This document shows, one piece after another, positions 1-10,337 of a DNA stretch of 64,000 bases. The translations under genes were made by a program, and so were the position numbers. Source of the stretch: Campylobacterota bacterium (GTDB taxonomy: Bacteria; Campylobacterota; Campylobacteria; Campylobacterales; Arcobacteraceae). The notes beneath the pieces are model-generated. The model was not told the DNA's origin and did not search any database. It saw nothing but the letters and a program-made list of their open reading frames with translations. Location: assembly GCA_051746405.1 (NCBI GenBank), contig JBNJFB010000003.1, positions 1 to 64,000 of the forward strand, written 5' to 3'. Numbering within the stretch: the stretch's first letter is position 1; every line of letters starts with the position of its first letter.

Positions 1-1
1 T

Positions 2-1189
2 CCACGTATCTGTGGTATTTGTGGACAAGCTCACTTAAAGGCTACTGTTGAGGCTTTAGAGGGTGCTTACGAAAATGCATATGAAAAACTAGAAGTAACT
101 AATAAAGCAAAAATATTAAGACAAATTGGCTTAAATATTGAAACAATTGATTCTCATATAAAATGGTTTTATATGTTTATACTACCTGATATTATAAAGC
201 TTGAAAATGATGAATTAAATGAATATAAGCCTCTAAAAGGAAAAAAGTGGTTAGAAGCTTGCATGGCAGCTAGTGAAGTTATAAAAACATTAGCAATAAT
301 AGGCGGGCAGTGGCCACATAGTTCGTATATGATACCAGGTGGAGTTGCAAGTGATCCTACCCATTTAGATTTAGTTACTATGACAAACTATATAGATAGT
401 GCAGTTAAATTTTTTGAAGATAACTTATGTGGAGTATCTTTTGATAGATATTTGTCATTTAATAGTATAGAGGATATTAATTTGCTAAAAGGTGATTTAA
501 AATATTTTGTAAACTTAAGCTTTGAGAACTCATTACACTCTTATGGTAAATCATATAATAGATTTCTATCTTTAAATGATACAACTCTATTTAAAAAAGG
601 TAAGCAAAATAAGAGTTTCTCTTCTTCAATAGATACAAAAAAAATAAAAGAGCATACACAAAGAACCTTTGAATTAAACAAAGAAAAAAAAGGTAAACAC
701 ACTTGGGCTAAAAGTGTCAGCTATAATAAAAACTTTTATGAAACAGGTCCTTTAGCAAGGGCAATACTAAGTAAAAGAGAGTTTATATATAGTATTCATA
801 AAAATTATGAAGATAGTGTTTTTACAAGAGTATTAGCAAGAGTAGATGAGCTTGCATTTTTATTACAAGATACAAAAGAGTTAATAGCAAAGATTGATTT
901 AAATGAAGCATCTTATATAAAACCAAAATATGAGTTCTCTTCTATTGAAAGTGCTGGTTGTATTTCAACTGTAGAAGCATGTAGAGGTTCACTATATCAT
1001 AATGTGACCATAGAAAATGGCTATATAAAAAAATATGATGTTATTACTCCAACTGTATGGAATCTAGGTCCACAGTATAAAGATCAAAAAGGTGTAGCTC
1101 AAAAAGCGATTATAGGCTCGAACTCTTTTGAGATGGCAAAGGTTGTTTTAAGAAGCTTTGATGTTTGTTCTGTTTGTACTACTCATTAG
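2..1189 (+). CDS. Group 2 (2d/HupV-like) cytoplasmic [NiFe]-hydrogenase large subunit, 5' end outside window
   Basis: Frame open from base 2: PRICGICGQAH (L1 RxCGxC motif). C-terminus RSFDVCSVCTTH-stop (L2 motif) has no cleavable extension. The ORF-track start at 173 is an internal Met. Confidence 0.85.
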   Translation, partial: PRICGICGQAHLKATVEALEGAYENAYEKLEVTNKAKILRQIGLNIETIDSHIKWFYMFILPDIIKLENDELNEYKPLKGKKWLEACMAASEVIKTLAIIGGQWPHSSYMIPGGVASDPTHLDLVTMTNYIDSAVKFFEDNLCGVSFDRYLSFNSIEDINLLKGDLKYFVNLSFENSLHSYGKSYNRFLSLNDTTLFKKGKQNKSFSSSIDTKKIKEHTQRTFELNKEKKGKHTWAKSVSYNKNFYETGPLARAILSKREFIYSIHKNYEDSVFTRVLARVDELAFLLQDTKELIAKIDLNEASYIKPKYEFSSIESAGCISTVEACRGSLYHNVTIENGYIKKYDVITPTVWNLGPQYKDQKGVAQKAIIGSNSFEMAKVVLRSFDVCSVCTTH

Positions 1190-1277
1190 AAGTTTGATTG
1201 TTACCTTTTTATACAAAAATAAAAAAAATATATAAATCTTTATAGGGCTTAATTAACTAAAAAACATATACATTTAG

Positions 1278-1293
1278 ATGAATAGTTGTTCAT
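1278..1293. promoter_or_regulatory. Palindromic operator ATGAATAGTTGTTCAT upstream of hydA1
   Basis: Inverted repeat ATGAA-N6-TTCAT; the motif recurs at 7333, 7407 and 20261. Confidence 0.6.
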
Positions 1294-1425
1294 TTAAATA
1301 CCATTAAATGGTTACTACTTAAATTTAAATATTTTAAACTAATTATAAAAGCTATTTTAATGCTATTTATAAGGAAATATAATTAAGAAAGAGCTAAGGT
1401 AAGCATTGATAAGTTTATATTAAGT

Positions 1426-1441
1426 AAATGAATATTCATTT
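1426..1441. promoter_or_regulatory. Second, RBS-proximal palindrome AAATGAATATTCATTT before hydA1
   Basis: Perfect 16-bp palindrome between a possible -10 (TGATAAGTT, 1407-1415) and the AAGGAAGGG RBS; shares TAAATGAATA(T/G)TCATT with the 7407 site. Confidence 0.45.
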
Positions 1442-1457
1442 TTAAAGGAAGGGTTTA

Positions 1458-2699
1458 ATGATTAATTCTGCAGATATGGTAAAAAAAGTTTTTACCCAAA
1501 AATCAGGTAGGGTGGATACAAATAAAGGGGATGAGTATTATAACTCTTTATTTGAGAAAGCTAAGAAGAGATTATCATCTTTAAGAAAGCAAGAGCCTCT
1601 TAAAGATATTGATATGATGGATGTTGTACACAGTGAAGGAATTGATAGAAGAGAGTTTATGAAGTGGGCAAGTGCTACAACTGCCACACTTATGTTACCT
1701 CCTATGTTCACACCTTTAGTGGCCCAAGCAACTGAGTTAATGAATAGAGTTCCAGTAGTATGGTTGGAGTTACAAGACTGTGCTGGTAATACAGAAGCAC
1801 TTTTAAGAAGTAGTGCTCCAACTGTTGATGATTTGTTATTTGATGTTATGAGTTTAGAGTTTCACCATGCTTTAATGGCAGGTGCAGGACATGATGCAGA
1901 ACATCAATTAGATGAAGCAATTGAGCACTTTAAAGGTAACTATTTACTTTTTGTTGAGGGTTCTATTCCAATGGGAATGAATGGTAACTATGGAACAATT
2001 GGTCCATCAGGTGAGACTTTCTATGACCATTTACAAAGAATCTCAAAGAATGCAGCTGCTGTAGTTGCAGTTGGTACTTGTGCAACATTTGGTGGTATTC
2101 CAGCTGCTGCTCCAAACCCAACAGGTGCTGTTGGTGTTATGGATATTGTAAAGGGTAAACCAATTATTAATATTCCAGCATGTCCTGCAAATCCTGCAAA
2201 TATGGTTGGTGTTGTTTTACACTATATCTTAACAGGGCAAGTTCCAGAGCTTGACTCACTTTTAAGACCTAAGTTTGCATTTGGTTATAGAATCCATGAT
2301 AACTGTGAGAGAAGAGCACACTTTGATGCAGGTGAGTTTGTAGAAGAGTGGGGTGATGCAGGAGCTAAGAATAACTGGTGTTTATATAAAGTTGGTTGTA
2401 AGGGTCCTATGACATTTAATAACTGTTCTATTATAAGGTATAACGAAGGAACTAACTGGCCAATTGGTGCAGGACATGGATGTATTGGATGTAGTGAGCC
2501 TGATTTTTGGGATAAGTATGCATACCAAAGACCAATGGCAAGTGCAAATATCAAAGCACCAACAGGTGGAGTTGAAAAAACAGTTGATGAGTTTGGTTTA
2601 GGTTTATTAACAGCAACAACTGTTGGTATTGGAGTTCATGCAGTTGCAAGTGCAGTTGCAGGTAAAAAATCAAGCAAAGAAGAAGAAGGAGAAGAATAA
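1458..2699 (+). CDS. hydA: Group 1b membrane-bound [NiFe]-hydrogenase small subunit (copy 1)
   Basis: Tat motif RREFMK after a long n-region; FeS motifs (DCAGN, GTCATFGG, CPANP, HDNCERR, CLYKVGCKGP, HGCIGC); C-terminal TM helix. Confidence 0.95.
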   Translation: MINSADMVKKVFTQKSGRVDTNKGDEYYNSLFEKAKKRLSSLRKQEPLKDIDMMDVVHSEGIDRREFMKWASATTATLMLPPMFTPLVAQATELMNRVPVVWLELQDCAGNTEALLRSSAPTVDDLLFDVMSLEFHHALMAGAGHDAEHQLDEAIEHFKGNYLLFVEGSIPMGMNGNYGTIGPSGETFYDHLQRISKNAAAVVAVGTCATFGGIPAAAPNPTGAVGVMDIVKGKPIINIPACPANPANMVGVVLHYILTGQVPELDSLLRPKFAFGYRIHDNCERRAHFDAGEFVEEWGDAGAKNNWCLYKVGCKGPMTFNNCSIIRYNEGTNWPIGAGHGCIGCSEPDFWDKYAYQRPMASANIKAPTGGVEKTVDEFGLGLLTATTVGIGVHAVASAVAGKKSSKEEEGEE

Positions 2700-2701
2700 C
2701 A

Positions 2702-4444
2702 ATGGCAAAAAAACACTTAGTAATTGACCCTATTACAAGGATTGAGGGACATCTTAGAATTGAAGCAATTATAGATGAAAACAATGTGGTAACCGATGCT
2801 TACTCTTCTTCTACTATGTTTAGAGGAATTGAGGAGATTCTAAAAGGAAGAGACCCAAGGGATTGTGGCCTTCTTGCTATGAGAATTTGTGGTGTTTGTA
2901 CAGGTACTCACTATCAAAGAAGTATTGAAGCAGTTGAGCATGCATTTAATGTTACTATTCCAAAAAATGCAAGGTTAGTGCGAAACTTAATTCAAGGTGC
3001 ACTTTATGTACATGACCATATAGTTCACTTCTACCACTTACATGCACTTGATTGGGTTGATATCACAGAAGCACTAAAAGCTGATCCAAAAAAGACTGTT
3101 AGTGAGGCTCAAAAGTGGGCTAAAGTTGCAGGTGATAGACCTTGGAATGCAAGTGAAGATAACTATGCTGTAGTTCAGCAAAGGGTAAATAAGTATATAA
3201 AACAAGGAAGATTAGGTATCTTTGGAAATGCTTACTGGGGTTCAAAAGGGTTTAAACTTACTCCTGAGCAAAACTTAATTGGTTTATCTCACTATCTTGA
3301 TGCTTTAGAGATTCAAAGAGACTTAGGTAAGATGATGGCTATTTTTGGTGGTAAAAATCCACACCCACAATCATTTGTTGTAGGTGGGGTAACTTGTGTT
3401 CAAGATATCAAAAACCCTTCAAGAATTGCAGAGTTTAAACAAATCCTTAAAAAAGGAAGAGAGTTTACAAAGCAAGCTTATTTACCAGATGTTTACATGG
3501 CAGGGACTATGTATGCCGATGAAGCACTTGAAGGAATTGGTGGAGGTTTAGGAAACTTCATGTCTTATGGTGATTTTAACTTAGATGATTTACCATTTTA
3601 TGAAGCTTCAAAACTATTCCCATCAGGTATTGTTAAAAACAAAGACTTATCAAAGGTATATGAAGTAAGTCAAGAAAAAATTACAGAAGATGTTACCCAT
3701 GCATGGTATGAAGGTGAGACAAATCTACACCCTTATGATGGTGAGACTAAGCCAAACTTTACAGGTTTTGGTAAAAAAGAGAATAACATCGCTTATTTAG
3801 ATACTGAAAATAAATACTCTTGGATTAAATCTCCACTATATGATGATGAGAGAATGGAAGTGGGACCACTTGCAAGAATGGTTGTAGGTGTTGCAAAAGG
3901 TGATGAGAGAATTACTAAATATGTAACTACTTTCTTAAAAAATGGTAATTTACCTACAAAAGTACTATTCTCAACAGTAGGAAGAACAGCTGCAAGAGCA
4001 ATAGAGACTGAACTTATGTGTGATGCTATGATGCAGTGGTGTGATGAGTTAGCATCAAATGTTGCCCATGGAGATTTATCAACATGGACAGAGTTTGACT
4101 TTGATTCAGTATCAGGTGATGCTCAAGGTTATGGTATGGCTGAAGCTCCAAGGGGAGGTTTAGGTCACTGGGTTAAAATCAAAGATGGAAAAGTGGCAAA
4201 CTATCAAGCAGTAGTTCCATCAACATGGAATGCAGCTCCAAGAGATTATAAGGGTAGACTTGGTGCGTATGAATCATCACTTGTGGGAACAAAAGTAGCA
4301 AATCCCGATGAGCCTTTAGAGATTTTAAGAACAGTACATAGTTTTGATCCTTGTATTGCTTGTGCTGTGCATATTATAGACTCAAAAGGTAAAGAGTTGG
4401 GTGTTTATAAAGTAGATCCAATAGGAGGAGCAAGCTGTGCCTAA
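2702..4444 (+). CDS. hydB: Group 1b [NiFe]-hydrogenase large subunit (copy 1)
   Basis: DPITRIEGH, RICGVC (L1), DPCIACAVH (L2) plus C-terminal extension. Confidence 0.97.
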   Translation: MAKKHLVIDPITRIEGHLRIEAIIDENNVVTDAYSSSTMFRGIEEILKGRDPRDCGLLAMRICGVCTGTHYQRSIEAVEHAFNVTIPKNARLVRNLIQGALYVHDHIVHFYHLHALDWVDITEALKADPKKTVSEAQKWAKVAGDRPWNASEDNYAVVQQRVNKYIKQGRLGIFGNAYWGSKGFKLTPEQNLIGLSHYLDALEIQRDLGKMMAIFGGKNPHPQSFVVGGVTCVQDIKNPSRIAEFKQILKKGREFTKQAYLPDVYMAGTMYADEALEGIGGGLGNFMSYGDFNLDDLPFYEASKLFPSGIVKNKDLSKVYEVSQEKITEDVTHAWYEGETNLHPYDGETKPNFTGFGKKENNIAYLDTENKYSWIKSPLYDDERMEVGPLARMVVGVAKGDERITKYVTTFLKNGNLPTKVLFSTVGRTAARAIETELMCDAMMQWCDELASNVAHGDLSTWTEFDFDSVSGDAQGYGMAEAPRGGLGHWVKIKDGKVANYQAVVPSTWNAAPRDYKGRLGAYESSLVGTKVANPDEPLEILRTVHSFDPCIACAVHIIDSKGKELGVYKVDPIGGASCA

Positions 4445-5150
4445 TATGAAAAGGGTTGAAAGAATGACTCCAATGATGCGAACAATACACTGGTTAAATG
4501 TTGTTTGTATGATTGCTGCAGTTGCAACCGGGCTTTACATAGGTCACCCATACTATCAAACATTTATTGCTGATCCAGCAGTTGATAAATATGTAATGGC
4601 ATGGAATAGATGGGGGCACTTTATTGCTGCTATTATCTTTGATGTTACAGCAATATTGATTGGTTATTTATATTTCTTTTCAAGATTTGAAAAGCCATAT
4701 AAAAAAATCATTCCAAATAAACAAAACTTTATAGAGTTTTGGGAAGTGTTTTTAAATCTTATCACTTTTAATAGAAGAAAAAAGTTTGATTCAAGCTATA
4801 GTGATAGTTATAATATTATATTTTTTACTCTATTTCATTTGATATTAATATTTATGTTATTAACAGGATTACAGTTATATGTACATGGATTAGCTTCAGG
4901 TGAAAGTTCAATTGGTGCATGGTGGCCTTGGATGCTTCACTTTGCTACAGATTGGACACTAGATGTATTTGGTGGAAATATGGGAGTTAGAATAGCGCAC
5001 CATACTGCTATGTATTTTCTTTTAGTTTGGGTTATGTGTCATATATATTATCAAATCTGGAGAACAATCTTCTGGCGTGAGGGAGATATAGGTATTGTAT
5101 TTAGTGGTCATAAGTTTGTAAGAAAAAAAGATACAAAAGATAAAAAATAA
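4437..5150 (+). CDS. hydC: Hydrogenase b-type cytochrome subunit (copy 1)
   Basis: Four hydrophobic helices with heme His residues (IHW, WGH, AHH, CHIY); follows hydB. Confidence 0.92.
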   Translation: MPNMKRVERMTPMMRTIHWLNVVCMIAAVATGLYIGHPYYQTFIADPAVDKYVMAWNRWGHFIAAIIFDVTAILIGYLYFFSRFEKPYKKIIPNKQNFIEFWEVFLNLITFNRRKKFDSSYSDSYNIIFFTLFHLILIFMLLTGLQLYVHGLASGESSIGAWWPWMLHFATDWTLDVFGGNMGVRIAHHTAMYFLLVWVMCHIYYQIWRTIFWREGDIGIVFSGHKFVRKKDTKDKK

Positions 5151-5154
5151 TAGT

Positions 5155-5184
5155 AAAAGGGAACTTTCAAGTTCTCTTTTTTTT
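5155..5184 (+). terminator. Intrinsic terminator-like hairpin between hydC1 and hydD1
   Basis: AAAAGGGAACT-TTCA-AGTTCTCTTTT followed by a T tract. Confidence 0.65.
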
Positions 5185-5195
5185 GGGAGTTTATT

Positions 5196-5789
5196 ATGAA
5201 AAAAAATATTATTGTTGGTGTTGGAAATATGCTTTTTAAAGATGAGGGTGTAGGTATTTATGCATCTGAATTTTTAAAACAAAACTATGAGTTTGATGGG
5301 GATTTAGAGATAATTGATGGTGGGACTTTAGGTTTTAAATTAATGTCATATTTTCAAGAGTATGAAAATGTAATTATATTGGATACTGTATCTATTGAAG
5401 ATAATACAGGTGAAATTTTTAGACTTCCATCAGATGTGTTATTAGGGTTAGGTAACTATAGAAAAACAGCACATGAAGTAGAAATTGTAGAAATGCTTGA
5501 AATCTGTTCTGTATTGGAAAGTCATGCTAATGTAACAATTTTAGGAATTATTCCTGAAGATATTGAAAGTGTTGAGATTGGACTTACTAAAACTATAGAG
5601 GATAGATTTGAAGAATTTATAAAAAATGCTATTAAAGAGGTTGAGAGTTTAAACATAAAAGCTAAAAAAGTAAATAATATAAACATAGCAGATATTGTAA
5701 AAGGTATGATTGGAAGCTATAATGGGGAACATTTAAGTAGAATACCAAATGAGGAAGATATAAGACATGCAACTAATCTACAAGATTGA
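5196..5789 (+). CDS. hydD: Hydrogenase maturation endopeptidase (copy 1)
   Basis: GVGNMLFKDEGVG, IDGGT and TAHE motifs of the HyaD/HybD family. Confidence 0.93.
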   Translation: MKKNIIVGVGNMLFKDEGVGIYASEFLKQNYEFDGDLEIIDGGTLGFKLMSYFQEYENVIILDTVSIEDNTGEIFRLPSDVLLGLGNYRKTAHEVEIVEMLEICSVLESHANVTILGIIPEDIESVEIGLTKTIEDRFEEFIKNAIKEVESLNIKAKKVNNINIADIVKGMIGSYNGEHLSRIPNEEDIRHATNLQD

Positions 5790-7305
5790 TTTTAATACAA
5801 CAAATAAATATTTTAAATATATTTTAAAAACTTTAATAAACGAGTTTTCTATAAATGCAAAATGTAAGCAGTACAAAGGCTTTATACTTATACAGTTTGA
5901 AGATGAACCTAGTAGAATTGAGGAGTTTTTTGCATTTTTAGAAAAAAAGCTACCAATATCTATTTTTTTGGGAAAATCTCAAGTATTAGACAGCTTTGAT
6001 GATTCTATTGAAGAGTTAGAGAACAAAAAAGTTAAACAAAATATTAAACTTTTGACAAATGATACAATTAAAAGTATCTTAGATGAAAATAGTATTGATT
6101 TTTTAAACGATATAGTAAAATTATCAAAAGGTGAGGTTTCAAAAATTGAAACCTATAATGGCTTAAAAGATATTTTTTTACCAAACAAAAAGTTAAGAAA
6201 AGAGTTTGAGAAAAAAGGTCATGAAGTTAAACTTTTAGTAACAGATGTAAATAAATTAAGTCAGATATGTGAAGTAAGTCAAAAAGATTTACAACTTTTA
6301 TGCTCAATAGAGAGACCTCTTGTGAAGTTAAAGTTTAAACTACTCCAAAACAGAGATAATGAATACTCTTCAACAAACTTCATATATGTAAAAATTCCTG
6401 ATGATAAGCAAACAGTTCTTTTTGCTGATGCATTAAGACAAAAAGATATTAACTTTGTATTATATGTAACAGAAGATAGATATCAAGATGGACTAAAAGC
6501 CACATATTTTGGTGATACAAACCTATTAATAAAAGGAGATAAGGCTTTATTTCCAAAGTATGACCATCTAGCAAATAAAAAATATAACTCTAGTAAAGAG
6601 TATTTTGATGATAATGGTGGAGTATATAAAGCAACATTAGCTCAATTTAATAAAAGATTAGTTCCTAGTGTTGGAGTTTATTTTTCTTTAAATTCAAATA
6701 AAAGTTCACTTTTAATGAATCTACCTACAAAGGGTTTGAAAAATGTAATTATGATACCAAATATTCACAATAGTGTTGAAAATGCACTTGATGAGATTGA
6801 ACAAATTGATGAGTTTTGTGAAAGGTTAATTACTAATTATAAAAATAAATTTCCAAAAAACTTAAAAAGTTTAAAAATTGACCAAGAAGCAAGAGGATTT
6901 AAGTCAATACTTAATATATGTGCAAAAGTTTTAGGAATAAAAGCAGGGGCAAAAGGTTTTGAGGATTTAGCTTTAAGTACAAATATAAAAAGTGGAATTC
7001 AAATAGATATGAAAGTTGAAAAAATTGATGGTATTAACTACTTAGATTATAGAAGAGTAATTCAATCTATGATGTCATATAAAATGGCTGATGTTGATAA
7101 CTCAACATTAGCTTACTCGTTTTATGAAAGTCTAGGTGAGTTTATTACTAACTACACAGATGAAGTAGCAAAAGAGATAAGTGCAAAAGATGTTGTAATA
7201 ACAGGTGATATGTTTGCTAATAGTATTCTATTATCAAAAACACACAAAAATCTCTCTAAAAACTACAATTTTATACTTCCTAAAGAGTATCCTTTAGACT
7301 ACTAA
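5767..7305 (+). CDS. hydE: HydE-like hydrogenase accessory protein (degenerate HypF-like)
   Basis: 512 aa after hydD; LCSIERPLVKL and a C-terminal VVITGDMFANSIL resembling the HypF tail; same position as hydE in Wolinella/Helicobacter hydABCDE. Confidence 0.75.
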   Translation: MQLIYKIDFNTTNKYFKYILKTLINEFSINAKCKQYKGFILIQFEDEPSRIEEFFAFLEKKLPISIFLGKSQVLDSFDDSIEELENKKVKQNIKLLTNDTIKSILDENSIDFLNDIVKLSKGEVSKIETYNGLKDIFLPNKKLRKEFEKKGHEVKLLVTDVNKLSQICEVSQKDLQLLCSIERPLVKLKFKLLQNRDNEYSSTNFIYVKIPDDKQTVLFADALRQKDINFVLYVTEDRYQDGLKATYFGDTNLLIKGDKALFPKYDHLANKKYNSSKEYFDDNGGVYKATLAQFNKRLVPSVGVYFSLNSNKSSLLMNLPTKGLKNVIMIPNIHNSVENALDEIEQIDEFCERLITNYKNKFPKNLKSLKIDQEARGFKSILNICAKVLGIKAGAKGFEDLALSTNIKSGIQIDMKVEKIDGINYLDYRRVIQSMMSYKMADVDNSTLAYSFYESLGEFITNYTDEVAKEISAKDVVITGDMFANSILLSKTHKNLSKNYNFILPKEYPLDY

Positions 7306-7324
7306 AAAATTTAAATATATAAAG

Positions 7325-7356
7325 TAATAAATATGAATAGTTATTCATATTTATTA
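7325..7356. promoter_or_regulatory. Inverted repeat with perfect 15-bp arms containing operator ATGAATAGTTATTCAT, upstream of hydA2
   Basis: TAATAAATATGAATA-GT-TATTCATATTTATTA; core 7333-7348 matches the 1278 and 20261 sites. Confidence 0.65.
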
Positions 7357-7406
7357 ACTAAAATCAGTTTATTTTAACTAATTTTATTCTAAAATCATTT
7401 AAATAA

Positions 7407-7422
7407 ATGAATAGTCATTCAA
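7407..7422. promoter_or_regulatory. Operator copy ATGAATAGTCATTCAA between the -10 and RBS of hydA2
   Basis: Lies between TAAAAT (7390-7395) and AAGGA (7425-7429). Confidence 0.55.
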
Positions 7423-7436
7423 AAAAGGAAATGATT

Positions 7437-8597
7437 TTGAAATATGAAAAACTATATGAAAAATTATCAAGTAGATTAAAGAGCTTAGAAACTCTACAAA
7501 CAATAAATAAAAAAGTATCGATTCAAGAAAAGTTAGATAAAAACTCTATTTCAAGAAGAGATTTTATGAAATGGGCAGCATCAATCACTGCAATGTTAAG
7601 CTTACCTGCAACTTTTACTCCATTAGTTGCAAAAGCTGCAAAATTAAGTGATAGGTTGCCAATAATATGGTTGCATATGGCTGAGTGTACAGGTTGTAGT
7701 GAGTCACTATTAAGAACTGATGCACCTACAATTGATTCTTTGATTTTCGATCATATCTCTTTAGAGTACCATGAAACCTTGATGGCAGCAGCTGGCTGGC
7801 AAGCTGAGCATAATCTTGAACATGCTATTGAAGCTTATAAGGGTCAGTATATTCTTATGGTTGAGGGTGGAATACCCTCTAAAAATGATGCACACTATTT
7901 AACAATAGGTGCACTTGGGCATACAGGAGAGTACTCAGCTAAAAAAGCTTCTGAGAATGCAGCTGCAATTTTTGCTATTGGAAGTTGTTCAGCTTTTGGT
8001 GGTGTACAAGCTGCGTATCCAAATCCAACAGGTGCAGTTGCTTTAAGTAAAGTAACTACTAAACCAGTTATAAATGTTCCAGGTTGTCCTCCTAGTGAAA
8101 AAAATATTGTAGGTACACTTTTACATTATATTTTATATGGTACCTTACCTGCACTTGATGCTTATAATAGACCTAAGTGGGCTTATGGAAAACGAATTCA
8201 TGATTTATGTGAGAGAAGAGGTCACTTTGATGCGGGTGAGTTTGTTGAAGAGTTTGGTGATGAGGGTGCTAAGCGGGGTTACTGTTTATATAAAGTAGGC
8301 TGCAAGGGTCCTTATACTTTTAGTAACTGTTCAAAAAATAAGTTCAACTCACATATGTCTTGGCCTATTCAAGCAGGTCATGGATGTATTGGATGTACTG
8401 AACCTGATTTTTGGGATACGATGGGACCTTTTGAAGAACCAACTGCAAATAGATTATATAATACAGCTTTTGAAGGACTTGGTGCAGATGCAACAGCAGA
8501 TAAAATAGGACTTGGTCTATTAACAGCAACAGGTATTGGGATTGCTGCACATGCAGCAATTTCTAAATTTAAAAATCCAAAAGATGGACAGGAGTAA
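7437..8597 (+). CDS. hydA: Group 1b [NiFe]-hydrogenase small subunit (copy 2)
   Basis: SRRDFMK Tat motif, HMAECTGCSES and the full FeS motif set. AAGGA at 7425-7429 favours TTG 7437 (or ATG 7431) over ATG 7407 as start. Confidence 0.93.
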   Translation: MKYEKLYEKLSSRLKSLETLQTINKKVSIQEKLDKNSISRRDFMKWAASITAMLSLPATFTPLVAKAAKLSDRLPIIWLHMAECTGCSESLLRTDAPTIDSLIFDHISLEYHETLMAAAGWQAEHNLEHAIEAYKGQYILMVEGGIPSKNDAHYLTIGALGHTGEYSAKKASENAAAIFAIGSCSAFGGVQAAYPNPTGAVALSKVTTKPVINVPGCPPSEKNIVGTLLHYILYGTLPALDAYNRPKWAYGKRIHDLCERRGHFDAGEFVEEFGDEGAKRGYCLYKVGCKGPYTFSNCSKNKFNSHMSWPIQAGHGCIGCTEPDFWDTMGPFEEPTANRLYNTAFEGLGADATADKIGLGLLTATGIGIAAHAAISKFKNPKDGQE

Positions 8598-8600
8598 GAT

Positions 8601-10331
8601 ATGGCAAATAAAAGAGTAGTAGTAGACCCAATTACAAGAATAGAAGGACACTTAAGAATTGAGGTTGAAGTTGATGAAAACAGTGTCATACAAGAAGCTT
8701 ACTCAACAGCAACCCTTTGGAGAGGTTTAGAAACAATTGTTAAAAATAGAGACCCAAGGGATGCTGGTTTTTTAATGCAAAGAATTTGTGGTGTTTGTAC
8801 TTTCTCACACTATAGAGCAGGAATTGAAGCTGTTGAAGATGCACTGGGTATTGTTCCACCTTTAAATGCAAAGTTAACAAGGTCATTAATGAATATGGCT
8901 TTGTTTATGCATGACCATGTTATTCATTTCTATCATTTACATGGACTTGACTGGGTTGATGTGGTATCTGCACTTGATGCAAATGAAGCAAAAGCATCAA
9001 AAGAGGCATTTAAGTATGCAGATTATCCAATAGCAACAGGTGAAAATAATCTTAAAAAAGTAAAACATAGAGTAAAAGAGTTTGTGCAAAAAGGACAATT
9101 AGGACCTTTTGCAAATGCTTATTGGGGACATAAAACATATAGATTTACTCCTGAGCAAAATCTAATTCTTCTATCCCATTATTTAAAAGCATTAGAAGTA
9201 CAAAGGGATTTAGCAAAACTAATGGCTATATTTGGAGGTAAACAACCACATCCTCAAAGCTTAACTGTAGGTGGGGTGACTTGTATAATGGATTTATTAG
9301 ATCCTTCAAGAATGGGTGAGTATTTAACTTTATTTAAAAAAGGTGCCCAGTTTATTGAGAGTGCTTACCAAGCAGATGTTATTATGGCTGCAAAAGTTTA
9401 CAAAGATGAGCCCTCTGTTATGGCTCAAGCAGGTGTTAAAAACTTCATGTCCCATAAGGAGATGCAACTAAATAGAACTGAATTTTTATTTGATACTGGA
9501 ATAATAGAGAATAAAGATTTATCAAAAGTTTTTGAAATAGATGAAGATTTAATAACAGAAGAAGCAACACACTCATGGTATGAACACAATAAGCCTTTAC
9601 ACCCTTATGATGGAAAAACAGATCCAAAATATACAGGCTTTAAAGATATGGATACAGTTGGACCAAATGGAGAAATGATAGCTTCAAAAGTTGTTGATGA
9701 AAAAGGTAAGTACTCTTGGATTAAATCTCCTAGATATAATAATAAACCAATGGAAGTTGGACCTCTTGCATCTGTTTTAATATCTTATGCAAAAGGTAAT
9801 AAAAAGATTGTTCCATTGGTTGATGAGTTTTTAGAAAAAACAGAGTTACCTAAAGCTGCACTATTTACAGCACTAGGAAGAACAGCTGGAAGAATGATTC
9901 AAGCTAGAGCTATTGCAAAGCATGGATTAGAAGCATTTGAGACACTAATTGAGAATCTAAAAGTTGATGAGGATACTTATACTTCATATAAAATTGATAA
10001 AAACAAAGAGTATAAAGGGCGGTTTATAGGTGATGTTCCAAGGGGTATGTTATCCCATTGGGTTAGAATTAAAAATGGTGTTATAGAAAACTATCAAGCA
10101 GTTGTTCCCTCAACTTGGAATGCAGGTCCAACTGACTCTTTAAATCAAAGAGGTCCTTATGAAGAGAATTTAGTGGGGCTTAAAGTAGATGATTTATCTC
10201 AGCCATTGGAGATTATTAGAGTTATTCATAGTTTTGATCCTTGTATTGCTTGTGCTGTTCATGTTATGGATAAAAAAGGTAATGATTTAGGAACATATAA
10301 AGTAGATCCAATTTATGGTTCGTCTTGCTAA
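8601..10331 (+). CDS. hydB: Group 1b [NiFe]-hydrogenase large subunit (copy 2)
   Basis: DPITRIEGH, RICGVC, DPCIACAVH plus extension. Confidence 0.97.
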   Translation: MANKRVVVDPITRIEGHLRIEVEVDENSVIQEAYSTATLWRGLETIVKNRDPRDAGFLMQRICGVCTFSHYRAGIEAVEDALGIVPPLNAKLTRSLMNMALFMHDHVIHFYHLHGLDWVDVVSALDANEAKASKEAFKYADYPIATGENNLKKVKHRVKEFVQKGQLGPFANAYWGHKTYRFTPEQNLILLSHYLKALEVQRDLAKLMAIFGGKQPHPQSLTVGGVTCIMDLLDPSRMGEYLTLFKKGAQFIESAYQADVIMAAKVYKDEPSVMAQAGVKNFMSHKEMQLNRTEFLFDTGIIENKDLSKVFEIDEDLITEEATHSWYEHNKPLHPYDGKTDPKYTGFKDMDTVGPNGEMIASKVVDEKGKYSWIKSPRYNNKPMEVGPLASVLISYAKGNKKIVPLVDEFLEKTELPKAALFTALGRTAGRMIQARAIAKHGLEAFETLIENLKVDEDTYTSYKIDKNKEYKGRFIGDVPRGMLSHWVRIKNGVIENYQAVVPSTWNAGPTDSLNQRGPYEENLVGLKVDDLSQPLEIIRVIHSFDPCIACAVHVMDKKGNDLGTYKVDPIYGSSC

Positions 10332-10337
10332 GGAGCA

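Noticed and set aside
1458..1650. Long N-terminal extensions before the Tat motifs of HydA as novel domains
   Set aside because: Long n-regions are an established feature of Helicobacter/Campylobacter-type HydA signal peptides.
4343..4370. Selenocysteine ([NiFeSe]) in the hydrogenase L2 motifs
   Set aside because: Both HydB copies read DPCIAC with TGT codons and the group 2 subunit reads DVCSVC; there is no in-frame TGA.
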